From: a virus
Taxonomy: Duplodnaviria; Heunggongvirae; Uroviricota; Caudoviricetes
IMG/VR virus record: IMGVR_UViG_3300017705_000602
DNA: 64,000 bases
Direction: 5' to 3' (one strand)
The translations under genes were made by a program, and so were the position numbers. Of the stretch, positions 19,420 to 28,587 are shown piece after piece. Position 1 is the first letter of the stretch. Each line of letters opens with the position of its first letter. The notes beneath the pieces were generated by a model. It was given only the letters and a program-made list of their open reading frames with translations. It did no database searches and was not told the origin of the DNA.

Positions 19420-20997
19420 ATGACAGAAAAATTTGATCAATTTAATTTAACTGATTCGCAAGAACCCGACTGGGCAGTACACTTGCCTGCGTTCAGTGGG
19501 TTTTACATTCACCAAATGGCCAAGCTTGACGATGACCCTGAGTACTACGGACCTAATCGTTTTAGTGGTAACTTTGATAAAGGACATCAAGGGCTTGACT
19601 TTTACAACGGCAACGGGTACTTTAACTACAAGTGGGGATTGTACTCAGCAGGGCATGCTAAACTTGATCTTGAAAAGTCCAAAGAACAAGAACGCATGGT
19701 ACAAAGTCGCAAGCGTGACGGTTCGACCTTCCTACTTGGAGACTCAGGCGGATTCCAGATTGCAAAAGGCGCAGGTCACTTTAAAAACGTTGACTGGTCT
19801 GACTTTCAAGGTGCAGGCGGTGACAAGATTCGAGAAAAGGTTTTGCGTTGGCTTGAAGCAACTTCGGATTTTTCAATGACACTTGATATTCCTGCGTTTG
19901 CTGCCGAGCCACCGTTAAGCCAAAAAACAGGTCTAACATCGTTTGACGACACACTTGACTTGAGCTTGATAAACTTGTATTACTTTATACAGCACCGCAC
20001 GCCTGGCGCTACCAAGTTTCTTAACGTGCTGTCCGGTACTAACTTTGACAACTCCAGCAAGTGGTACGAGTCTGTTAAAATGTTTAGTGATGCAGACGAA
20101 ATTGAAAAGCTTGGCTTCAGTCGTGATCGTACACTTGAAGGTTATGCATTTGCTGGTATCAACATGAAGCACATGCCTAGCGTGTTAGCACGCATGGCAG
20201 ATTTGTTACGTGATGGTCTAATCGAAGACAAAGAGTGGATTCACTTTTTGGGTATCGGGCGACTAGACTGGGCATGTTACTTGACTTCTATACAAAGACA
20301 GCTTAGACAGTACGAGCCAAAAATTACAATTAGTTTTGACTGTGCGTCAGCGTTCTTGGCAGTTGCAAAAGGACAGATTTACACGTACCCTAGTTACACA
20401 TCGAAACGCTTTGGTTACAACATGAAGAAAGCAGTTGATGACCGTTTGCTTAAAGAAAGCAAACAGCAGATGCCTTTTAACGGTCCGATTGCTAGTCGCA
20501 TGACACTTGGTGATATGTGCCGCCTAGGCCCAGATGAACCGAACAAGCTAGGCAAGGTTGCTAAAACAAGCTGGGACAACGGCAGCTATTTGCTAGCAAT
20601 GGCCAGCAATGTTTACATTCATGTTAATGCAGTGCAAGAAGCAAATCGTTTGGCTGACATGGAATACACTAGATTTAACTTGAGTTACAAAGACTGGAGC
20701 AAGCAAAAGCGTGGTTCAGCAGTTAATCAAGTAAGTGACTTTGTGCCTGCTAACATTTTATTCTTTAACTCGTTTGTGGAAGAGTTCTTTGCCAAGGACA
20801 AGACACATGACGAAAGAATGGAAATGATCAATGCTAACCGAAACTTCCTGGACGAACTAAGCTTTGGTGGACAAAAAGGCAACGTGTTTGGAAACTTGTT
20901 TGATACTACAGAAGTTGCTAGCCCTGACAATGAAGAAGTCGATGGTCTTGCTACATACGCAGATGTTGACGATATCCCGGAGGACGACGACGAATGA
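19420..20997 (+). CDS. TGT/DpdA-like base-exchange transglycosylase
   Basis: GDSGGFQI, MTLDIP, WIHFLGIG, ISFDCAS: TGT catalytic Asp motifs. Confidence 0.85.
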   Translation: MTEKFDQFNLTDSQEPDWAVHLPAFSGFYIHQMAKLDDDPEYYGPNRFSGNFDKGHQGLDFYNGNGYFNYKWGLYSAGHAKLDLEKSKEQERMVQSRKRDGSTFLLGDSGGFQIAKGAGHFKNVDWSDFQGAGGDKIREKVLRWLEATSDFSMTLDIPAFAAEPPLSQKTGLTSFDDTLDLSLINLYYFIQHRTPGATKFLNVLSGTNFDNSSKWYESVKMFSDADEIEKLGFSRDRTLEGYAFAGINMKHMPSVLARMADLLRDGLIEDKEWIHFLGIGRLDWACYLTSIQRQLRQYEPKITISFDCASAFLAVAKGQIYTYPSYTSKRFGYNMKKAVDDRLLKESKQQMPFNGPIASRMTLGDMCRLGPDEPNKLGKVAKTSWDNGSYLLAMASNVYIHVNAVQEANRLADMEYTRFNLSYKDWSKQKRGSAVNQVSDFVPANILFFNSFVEEFFAKDKTHDERMEMINANRNFLDELSFGGQKGNVFGNLFDTTEVASPDNEEVDGLATYADVDDIPEDDDE

Positions 20998-22187
20998 GAA
21001 AATTATACTACTGCGGACTTGAACAGCTTGAAGCCCGCTACACTTTACAGTTGCAAGACTGGAACGAACGTGTGTTTGAAGCTCGCGACATTAAGTATGT
21101 TTCGGTGCTCGGTCAAAACTTAGACGACTCAAAGCAAATTGTTACTGGCAGTGTGCTTGATGCACACGGACGTACTTTTTACAGCATGACACAAATGGCC
21201 GAGCTGATACGCATGATGCAACAAGGCGATGTGACCAGCGAAGATGTGATATTTTTTGAGGATATGTATACTCCAGGAATAGAATCACTTGCATACATCA
21301 TGGACCAAGTCGAAGACAAGTACAAGCCCAAAGTGTTTGTACGTTGCCTAGCGCAAACGGTTGACCCTGATGACTTTGTGTGTCGCGAAGGCATGTTTAA
21401 CTGGATGCGCAAGTTTGAAGAAATGTGTGCTGAGTTTGTGTCGGGCATCATTGTTGCAAATGAAGAATTTGCCGCACACTTGCGCATTGCCGGTTTCAGC
21501 TGTCCGATTTACGTAAGTGGATTGCCGTTTGGTAAACAAGAAGTGTCTGATCGTGTTGCGCACAATACACCGCTTAACCAACGCAAAAAGCGCGTGGTGT
21601 TTGCGGCACGCTGGGATGATGAAAAACAGCCGCACTTTTACATGGACCTAATTGAAAAGTACAATGCAATATACCCAGAGGTAGAATTTTGTGTTTGTAC
21701 TGGCGGCCCTGAGCTAAAAGGTAATAACCTAGAAGCCATCGAGCGTGCGAAAAAGTTAGCAAAGTCCAATCATGTTAGATTTAAGATTTATCAAAATCTT
21801 AAGAAGGACGACTACTATCGCATTCTTGCAGACAGTTGCGTATTGTTTAATTGTGCATTGCAGGACTGGACATCGAATACAGTGAGCGAAGCCGATACAC
21901 TTGGTGCATTGACATTGTTTCCTGCGTACAGAAGTTTTCCTGAAGTGTTTGCAAACAATCACAATCACATGTACACTCCTTGGAGTGTCGATGATGCCTA
22001 CGAAAAGCTACGCGAAATGTTTAACTGTATCACCGAAGGCAACTTCGACAAATACAGCTTAGGCAAAATTAGCGATTGGCAAAACGGCACAATTGATCGC
22101 ACAATTGATATCATGCTTGGTAATGGCGAACACTGGAGACGAAATAGCAACGACTACAGAAAACAGGTTGCCAAGCCTAAATTTTAA
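20994..22187 (+). CDS. GT-B fold glycosyltransferase
   Basis: VVFAARWDDEKQP; YYRILADSCVLFNCALQDW...EA (GT4-like donor-binding region). Confidence 0.8.
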   Translation: MRKLYYCGLEQLEARYTLQLQDWNERVFEARDIKYVSVLGQNLDDSKQIVTGSVLDAHGRTFYSMTQMAELIRMMQQGDVTSEDVIFFEDMYTPGIESLAYIMDQVEDKYKPKVFVRCLAQTVDPDDFVCREGMFNWMRKFEEMCAEFVSGIIVANEEFAAHLRIAGFSCPIYVSGLPFGKQEVSDRVAHNTPLNQRKKRVVFAARWDDEKQPHFYMDLIEKYNAIYPEVEFCVCTGGPELKGNNLEAIERAKKLAKSNHVRFKIYQNLKKDDYYRILADSCVLFNCALQDWTSNTVSEADTLGALTLFPAYRSFPEVFANNHNHMYTPWSVDDAYEKLREMFNCITEGNFDKYSLGKISDWQNGTIDRTIDIMLGNGEHWRRNSNDYRKQVAKPKF

Positions 22188-22196
22188 AGGAACAAA

Positions 22197-23189
22197 ATGT
22201 CTAACACTCATGTACTAGTTACAGGCGGTGCGGGATATATAGGGCAAGCAGTTGTTGAAGAATTAGTCAACTTGGGTTTTACGGTTACAGTTGTTGACCG
22301 TAAAACCTCTCCTTATATTGCACAGCTTGAAAAAGAACGCAAGATTTTCTTTCATCAAATGGACTATGTTAATATTGCTAGTTTTGGCGAGCACCAAATG
22401 CAAAGCTATGACTACATTATTCATTTGGCTGCCAGTCACCAAGTCAGTGAAAGCATGCACATGGCATCCGACTATTACGAAAACAACATCACTAAATTTA
22501 AGATACTGATTGATCATGCTTATCAGCATAACCTAAGCGGAATTATTTTTAGTGGCAGTTCTTCTGTTTACGGAAACAATAGCAAAGTAAACACAGATGA
22601 AAGCACCTTGTTCGACCCAACCAGTCCTTACGCATCTACCAAAGCAATTGCGGAGTACATGCTCAGTGACTATCACAGGTCATATCAGTTGCCTTATGTG
22701 TCGTTGCGTTACTTTAATGCCGCTGGTGCTGACCCCGAAATGAAATACGGCTATTCACAAGGTACACCCAGCCACCTTGTGCCATGTATTGTTAGAAGCT
22801 TGCTTGATAACAAACCGTTTGTGGTGTACGGCAATGATTACCCGACGCCCGACGGCACCGCAATAAGAAGCTACACTCACGTGAAAGATATAGCAAAAGC
22901 GCATGTTTTAGCATTGCAGTATATGGAGCGCAATCTCAGTGTAGGAGATGTTTTTAATATCGGGCATCATGAAGCATACTCAGTAAAGCAAGTTGTTGAA
23001 ACAGTTAAGCAGATGTACCCAGAGTTCGAGTATATCGAAACTGATAGACGACCCGGCGACTCAATTATGCAATCGGCAGACAATTCTAAATCAAGTTTGA
23101 CACTTGGTTGGAAAATTGCTTATAATATAAAAGACATGTTAACTCATGAAATAAATTATCAAACTATGCAAAGGAAGCAAAATGGATAG
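22197..23189 (+). CDS. galE: UDP-glucose 4-epimerase-like SDR
   Basis: VTGGAGYIG, YASTK, LRYFNAAGA, GNDYPTPDGT. Confidence 0.9.
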   Translation: MSNTHVLVTGGAGYIGQAVVEELVNLGFTVTVVDRKTSPYIAQLEKERKIFFHQMDYVNIASFGEHQMQSYDYIIHLAASHQVSESMHMASDYYENNITKFKILIDHAYQHNLSGIIFSGSSSVYGNNSKVNTDESTLFDPTSPYASTKAIAEYMLSDYHRSYQLPYVSLRYFNAAGADPEMKYGYSQGTPSHLVPCIVRSLLDNKPFVVYGNDYPTPDGTAIRSYTHVKDIAKAHVLALQYMERNLSVGDVFNIGHHEAYSVKQVVETVKQMYPEFEYIETDRRPGDSIMQSADNSKSSLTLGWKIAYNIKDMLTHEINYQTMQRKQNG

Positions 23190-23742
23190 AGATGGTCACA
23201 ACGATGCAGTATACTTTGTAGGACCCGAAGTAGAACACACACTTGCATTCAGTATGAAAACGCTGTTTGTAGTTTCGTATCGCAACAAAGAGCAGGTCCT
23301 AGATTTTGCTAACGAACATCAGTGCAAGCACGTTTACTTAGGTGCTAATAAATCTTTTCAAAAGAACAAAAAGTTTGTTGAGATAGCAGAGTTTTTGTTA
23401 GACAACCGCATCAAGGTAACACTGGATTACCCGATTACTGCACATGATTGGATTCTTGAAAACTGGCCAAACACAGTGTTAAACCACAAAGACTTTATTG
23501 CTATGATCAGCGTTGAGATTCCTAAGATTGAAACGTTCTCGAAAAATGCTTGTGTTAAAATTGATGACACTGGCATGGAACAAAGCAACTCCGGTGTGTG
23601 GACGCTGCCAGTGCATGAAGTAATGGACAGCAATCGGTTTACACCATGGACCGAATACGTGAACGACCATGTAGTATGGACAGAAGAAGATAACAAAAAA
23701 TTCTGGAACGACAAGCGCAACAACGATTATCGGAAGAAATAG
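23182..23742 (+). CDS. hypothetical protein in modification operon
   Basis: overlaps galE, 186 aa. Confidence 0.75.
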   Translation: MDRDGHNDAVYFVGPEVEHTLAFSMKTLFVVSYRNKEQVLDFANEHQCKHVYLGANKSFQKNKKFVEIAEFLLDNRIKVTLDYPITAHDWILENWPNTVLNHKDFIAMISVEIPKIETFSKNACVKIDDTGMEQSNSGVWTLPVHEVMDSNRFTPWTEYVNDHVVWTEEDNKKFWNDKRNNDYRKK

Positions 23743-23743
23743 A

Positions 23744-24304
23744 ATGATTATTACCAGGTACAGTAAAAACATTGTAGACCATGCAATCAAAATGAGAAAA
23801 TTATCTGCTAAAATACGGCAGGCTCATTGGAAAAGGCATTTTGCATACATAATGCAGCCTGTTACTGTGCCTGGTAATAACAACACATCTATGCAAAGTT
23901 ATGCACTGTTTCGTACTTACTACAAGCGCAGTACTGTCTTTATAAAATACGTGTACGAAGACTCGTTCGATATAGATGTTTCGGGATCTGTATGTGTACC
24001 GTCGTTGGATTCGTTGTGCTATTTTAGCCTGTCTGACAATGGCGACAGCATCCGGAAGAGGACTGTATCGAAGGGCAAAGAAATACAGATAGTAACGAAC
24101 ACCGAACGTTACACGTTGCAAACCAAGGCACCGGTTATGTTTTATGAGTACGAGCCAGATGGCTATGGCGGTCGGGGTAACCGAAAGATTGATGTAGTGT
24201 ACCGAAACATGTACAGCAAACTGGTAGGTACAAAGTATGCAAAAGATAAAAGCATACTTACACCCGAGGATTTCAACAAAATTTCAATTATGTATACATC
24301 CTAA
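23744..24304 (+). CDS. hypothetical protein (WHK-F paralog family)
   Basis: HWKRHFAY..P motif shared with 24304 and 25012 ORFs. Confidence 0.65.
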   Translation: MIITRYSKNIVDHAIKMRKLSAKIRQAHWKRHFAYIMQPVTVPGNNNTSMQSYALFRTYYKRSTVFIKYVYEDSFDIDVSGSVCVPSLDSLCYFSLSDNGDSIRKRTVSKGKEIQIVTNTERYTLQTKAPVMFYEYEPDGYGGRGNRKIDVVYRNMYSKLVGTKYAKDKSILTPEDFNKISIMYTS

Positions 24305-24636
24305 TGGAACTGAAATTAAAAACTAAAGCACGTAAAAAATACGAACGCGCAACACGCCTGAGTAAATGGCACAAAAAGTTTGCATGGCTGCCGGTTTGCG
24401 TGGACGAAGAACAAGGTGTTTCGTGTTACGTGTGGCTAAAGCCAGTGATGAGAAAATGCAAACTCGAGCACAGTGATGATAAGTTTGCGTACACGCCAAT
24501 TTATAAAAAGTGCGAAGATTTGACACAAGCTATATTAGCCGGCGAAAATGAACAGGCTATTATATTTTTGTCTTACAATGCAAGATCAGTGTATCGTGGA
24601 TTAAAAGACGAACTGAAAATCAAGGACGAAGAATGA
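24304..24636 (+). CDS. hypothetical protein (WHK-F paralog family)
   Basis: WHKKFAWLP; coupled start/stop. Confidence 0.7.
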   Translation: MELKLKTKARKKYERATRLSKWHKKFAWLPVCVDEEQGVSCYVWLKPVMRKCKLEHSDDKFAYTPIYKKCEDLTQAILAGENEQAIIFLSYNARSVYRGLKDELKIKDEE

Positions 24637-25007
24637 AAAGATTTATTTATGTAAAATTTCAACAAGAAGGCATACACTGTTACCCGGCAGCGGCAACAGA
24701 TCCTTCGTTAGCAACAGGCGAATGGGACGACGTATCGTTTCTGGGCAACCCACACTTTCATTACTTTCACTTCAATGTCGAAATAGAAGTGTTCGAAAAT
24801 GATCGAGACATTGAGTTTATTCAGTTTTCACGTTGGCTACAGCGATTGTACAAACAGGAAACACTTGAGCTCAATTCAAAGTCGTGCGAAATGATGGCCG
24901 AGGACCTAATTGAACAGATTACTCAACGGTACCCAGGACGTGATATCACTGTAGATGTTTCCGAAGACAACATTAACGGAGCAAAGCTGAAATACACAGC
25001 GGAGTAG
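24633..25007 (+). CDS. QueD/PTPS-like T-fold protein
   Basis: H..(HFH)..SCEMMA..VSED metal/T-fold pattern; QueE nearby. Confidence 0.7.
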   Translation: MKRFIYVKFQQEGIHCYPAAATDPSLATGEWDDVSFLGNPHFHYFHFNVEIEVFENDRDIEFIQFSRWLQRLYKQETLELNSKSCEMMAEDLIEQITQRYPGRDITVDVSEDNINGAKLKYTAE

Positions 25008-25011
25008 CAAC

Positions 25012-25347
25012 ATGTATGTAAAGGTGCAAACAAAAGAAAAAAAACTGTATGACCGCATACAAAAATGCGGCCATTGGCACAAGGTGTTTGTTTTCTGGCC
25101 TCGCGAGGTCGATTCTGCTAACGGACAAAAAGAGTTTGCATTCTTTACTACACTGTACAGAAAAGCCGAATTGCATTACAGTGCTGGTTACGAAGGCTCA
25201 AGTAGCGGAATAAGATTTCGTTTTCGGCATCGCAAACCCGACGACGGCATGATGCAAGCACTTGCCGAAGGCGACTGTATAGAGTTCGGAGACTCTGACG
25301 CCAGGAAAATGTACCTCAACTTAAAGGAAAAACTCGATGCAAACTAA
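25012..25347 (+). CDS. hypothetical protein (WHK-F paralog family)
   Basis: WHKVFVFWP. Confidence 0.7.
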   Translation: MYVKVQTKEKKLYDRIQKCGHWHKVFVFWPREVDSANGQKEFAFFTTLYRKAELHYSAGYEGSSSGIRFRFRHRKPDDGMMQALAEGDCIEFGDSDARKMYLNLKEKLDAN

Positions 25348-25801
25348 TAATATATCAGATCAGCAAACAACCGATCTTGTTAAAAAAATCGCAACCGATA
25401 TTGAATCGAGCGGTTGGGAACCCGAAATGATAGTTGGTATTGCTCGAGGTGGTCTTGTTCCTGCTACCATGCTCAGTTATCGTTTCGAATGCGACATGCA
25501 ACCGCTGGTGTGGCAAACCAGTAAAGGTTCAGCACAAGAATCCAACTTATGGTTACCCGAAGATGCTGTAGCCGGTAAGCACATTTTAATTGTAGACAAT
25601 GTTGTTAGAACAGGTACTACACTGCAACAAATTATGTCCGACTGGGACTTGTCGGTTGTTAACAACATAGACTGGGGCCAAGGCGTCAAGTTTGCATGCT
25701 TGCACAGATGCGTAGATTCAGAAATAATGCCACAGTATGTCGGTGATACTATAACTAGTACACAGCAAATGATTTACCCATGGGAGAACCTAAATGGCTA
25801 A
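25337..25801 (+). CDS. type I phosphoribosyltransferase (purine PRT-like)
   Basis: IVGIARGGLVPA, ILIVDNVVRTGTT, IYPWE. Confidence 0.85.
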   Translation: MQTNNISDQQTTDLVKKIATDIESSGWEPEMIVGIARGGLVPATMLSYRFECDMQPLVWQTSKGSAQESNLWLPEDAVAGKHILIVDNVVRTGTTLQQIMSDWDLSVVNNIDWGQGVKFACLHRCVDSEIMPQYVGDTITSTQQMIYPWENLNG

Positions 25802-25979
25802 GAACAAAAAAGAACTAGTACTAACAGAAGAAGACTTAAAAGAAGTCGAAGATCCAATTAAAGCCGCCGCACTTTTATTAAAAGAGCTTCGTCGCATGAA
25901 CGACAGACTTGACACAATTGATTGGAAGTCCTGGGAGATGATGAAAAAGATATCTCCGGAATCTAACAAACCGGAGTAA
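25794..25979 (+). CDS. hypothetical protein
   Basis: GGAG SD, overlap. Confidence 0.65.
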   Translation: MAKNKKELVLTEEDLKEVEDPIKAAALLLKELRRMNDRLDTIDWKSWEMMKKISPESNKPE

Positions 25980-25985
25980 GTATCT

Positions 25986-26381
25986 ATGGCCAGGCTAATA
26001 GGAAAGCCACCACCACCACAACCAAGACCATCGGCGCCTAGGCGCGGAAACCCAATGATGTCTCCAGCGGGTGTCGAGTTCGAATTTGCAATACCCGTTG
26101 CAGAAAATGCAACCATGTTTGAACTAAAAAGCGATGTTTCGCTAGCCGAGTTGAACAGCCGAATCAGCGCCGAGCTTGTTGAGAACTACCTCACAATCGA
26201 AATTGATTCACAGCAGGTGTGGCAGTTGTGCATTGATTGTTTCAAGAGCCGTATATTTGCACTTGACATTGGCGACCAGTTATTTGGATTAGATTACGAT
26301 ACACTCAAGATCACAATGCTTGCAGAAAACAAAGTACTGCTAAGTATGTATCTTGATCAGGATATTTTCTACAAAGGCTAA
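25986..26381 (+). CDS. hypothetical protein, Pro-rich N-terminus
   Basis: GGAG SD. Confidence 0.65.
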   Translation: MARLIGKPPPPQPRPSAPRRGNPMMSPAGVEFEFAIPVAENATMFELKSDVSLAELNSRISAELVENYLTIEIDSQQVWQLCIDCFKSRIFALDIGDQLFGLDYDTLKITMLAENKVLLSMYLDQDIFYKG

Positions 26382-26401
26382 CTCACAAAGGCAGAATAAA
26401 T

Positions 26402-26734
26402 ATGTACTTTAAAGTTCCAGCAGGCGAAGATGCTTGCTATCATGAGTTAAGTGGAAACTGGTTGTCTCAAGACCAAATCCGGCAGCTGGCACTAGATAAA
26501 AAAGTGCAATGCTTCATAAGCGATATGAAAATGAACATGACAGTTTCGATTGATCATGCATCGGATATGTATCGCTTGTTGAGCACTGGAGGGTGTACGT
26601 TTGGTATATCGGAAATTCCGATTTATAAAATCAAACTGCCAATCCGCGTTGACGATGTGGAAGGTAAAAGACACTATGCTTTTATTGCCGACTTGGAATT
26701 TATAGATAACAACACTATTGACACGAAGGCCTAA
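26402..26734 (+). CDS. hypothetical protein
   Basis: 110-aa ATG ORF. Confidence 0.6.
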   Translation: MYFKVPAGEDACYHELSGNWLSQDQIRQLALDKKVQCFISDMKMNMTVSIDHASDMYRLLSTGGCTFGISEIPIYKIKLPIRVDDVEGKRHYAFIADLEFIDNNTIDTKA

Positions 26735-26746
26735 ATAGTGTATAAT
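26718..26746 (+). promoter_or_regulatory. sigma70-type promoter for queE
   Basis: TTGACA-17-TATAAT. Confidence 0.85.
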
Positions 26747-26768
26747 GCCAGCACAAATATAAGGAAAT

Positions 26769-27683
26769 ATGATGTCAAACACGTACAGATACACAGAGCT
26801 CTTTCGCTCTTTTCAGGGCGAAGGCACGCACACAGGTAAAAACACACTGTGGCTAAGGTGGTTTCTTTGCAACTTGCAATGCAACGGCTTTGGTCAAAAA
26901 GATCCCACAGACGAATCAAGTTACACGTTGCCTTACGAAACTATAGACATCACAGACATCACTGAACTGGGACAACTTCCTGTGTTCGAATACGGCTGTG
27001 ACAGTTCATATTCGTGGGCCAAGAAATACAGACACTTGGCAGCCGATCAAACTGCTGAACAAATTGCAGATCTGTTAGAACAAAACTTGCGATCGCCAAC
27101 TAACCCGGAAGGTAAATTCTTGCACCCACGAAGCGGTGAAGAAACTCACATGTGCTTTACAGGCGGCGAGCCCATGATGCGACAAAGTCAGCGTGGCATC
27201 GAAGAAGTCATGCGCGAATTGCACAAGCGCAAGAACATGCCTAATTTTATCACAGTTGAAACAAATGGTACACAAAAGCTGTCGCCTGAGTTTCGTGAGT
27301 TCTTACAATGGTTTGGTAAAGACGGTGAAGTGTGCGAATGGTTCTGGAGTTTTAGTCCTAAGCTTTTTAATACGTCTGGCGAGAAAGCAAAGAAAGCAAT
27401 CAAGCCAGAAGTTATTGCTGACTATCAGCAATACTCGCCCAATGGACATTTAAAGTTTGTGGTAAACGGCACGCAAGAAACGTGGGACGAACTCGAACAA
27501 GTGGTTTCGGAATTTAGAGAACATGGCATTGAATATCCTGTTTGGATCATGCCGGTTGGCGCAACAAAAGAACAGCAAGAAGAAAACACAGTCAAGGACA
27601 TTGTTGCGGAAACTTTGTCAAGAGGATATAACGTAAGCGGTAGACTGCACGCTCACATGCTAGGTAACGAATTAGGAACATAG
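26769..27683 (+). CDS. queE: 7-carboxy-7-deazaguanine synthase (radical SAM)
   Basis: ELFRSFQGEG, CNLQC...CDS, TGGEP, VETNGT, SPK, RLH. Confidence 0.9.
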   Translation: MMSNTYRYTELFRSFQGEGTHTGKNTLWLRWFLCNLQCNGFGQKDPTDESSYTLPYETIDITDITELGQLPVFEYGCDSSYSWAKKYRHLAADQTAEQIADLLEQNLRSPTNPEGKFLHPRSGEETHMCFTGGEPMMRQSQRGIEEVMRELHKRKNMPNFITVETNGTQKLSPEFREFLQWFGKDGEVCEWFWSFSPKLFNTSGEKAKKAIKPEVIADYQQYSPNGHLKFVVNGTQETWDELEQVVSEFREHGIEYPVWIMPVGATKEQQEENTVKDIVAETLSRGYNVSGRLHAHMLGNELGT

Positions 27684-27881
27684 ATGTATATCAAGGACAT
27701 TCTAAAAGAAAACATAGACAAAGGCGAAACATCGTTTGAGTTTGCTTACGAGCCTGACTCAATCAACCGCTTTATCAAAGACATTAACACTGCCTTGCGA
27801 GATCTCGGTTACACTGACAAGTATAGACTTGAAGTAAAAGGCGGTGTTGTCACTATCAATCTGGGCAAGGAGAGCACATGA
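27684..27881 (+). CDS. hypothetical protein
   Basis: coupled ORF. Confidence 0.6.
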   Translation: MYIKDILKENIDKGETSFEFAYEPDSINRFIKDINTALRDLGYTDKYRLEVKGGVVTINLGKEST

Positions 27882-28480
27882 GTAAACCATTAATACCATT
27901 CAACTGGTTACCTGGGTCATGGGGACTTAAAGGCAAATCAAGAGAGCGAGCTCAAGCCGAGTATGAACTTGATGGTTTTGAACTCGCCATGACCTTGGCC
28001 GGGCTTGATTACACTGGCAAAGAACGTGAGCGCAGAGAACTTGACGTAAAACTTGCATACGACCAAATCGACGACGAAGCGTACGAATATGCTTGTGCTG
28101 ATCTTATTGAAGATTCGCTAGAACGTGAACTACAGCGTTTAGAAATTGATCGCGAATACACTGTAATGACAGACACCGAGTACGAAAAAAAGCAAGCAAC
28201 TATCAAGTGCGAACCGTGGGTATCTGTTATTGACCTTAATGTGCGCGATGAAACAGGAAACTTTGAGCTTGATTGGAATGACTACTTTGTACAAGAGTTA
28301 AAAGAAGTTGGATTCAAAGGCGCAAGTGATGAAGACATAGTAAATGCATGGTTCAGTCGCATTTGTCGTGACATTGCAATTTCTGAATTCGGTGGTCAAG
28401 GTGACTTTGATGAACAACTTGCGAAAGCTGACACTAAGACTAGTACAGCCGACGAAGCCGGGCGTAGGATAATAAAATAG
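27878..28480 (+). CDS. hypothetical protein
   Basis: AAGGAG SD, 200 aa. Confidence 0.75.
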   Translation: MSKPLIPFNWLPGSWGLKGKSRERAQAEYELDGFELAMTLAGLDYTGKERERRELDVKLAYDQIDDEAYEYACADLIEDSLERELQRLEIDREYTVMTDTEYEKKQATIKCEPWVSVIDLNVRDETGNFELDWNDYFVQELKEVGFKGASDEDIVNAWFSRICRDIAISEFGGQGDFDEQLAKADTKTSTADEAGRRIIK

Positions 28481-28587
28481 CTGTTATCACAAATGACTCG
28501 CAAAGTGCATCACTTTGTGTTATCATACGCACTAATACACAAAACAACAATTTTTGCACCTGGCAGTAATAAGGAAGTTATGAAATT

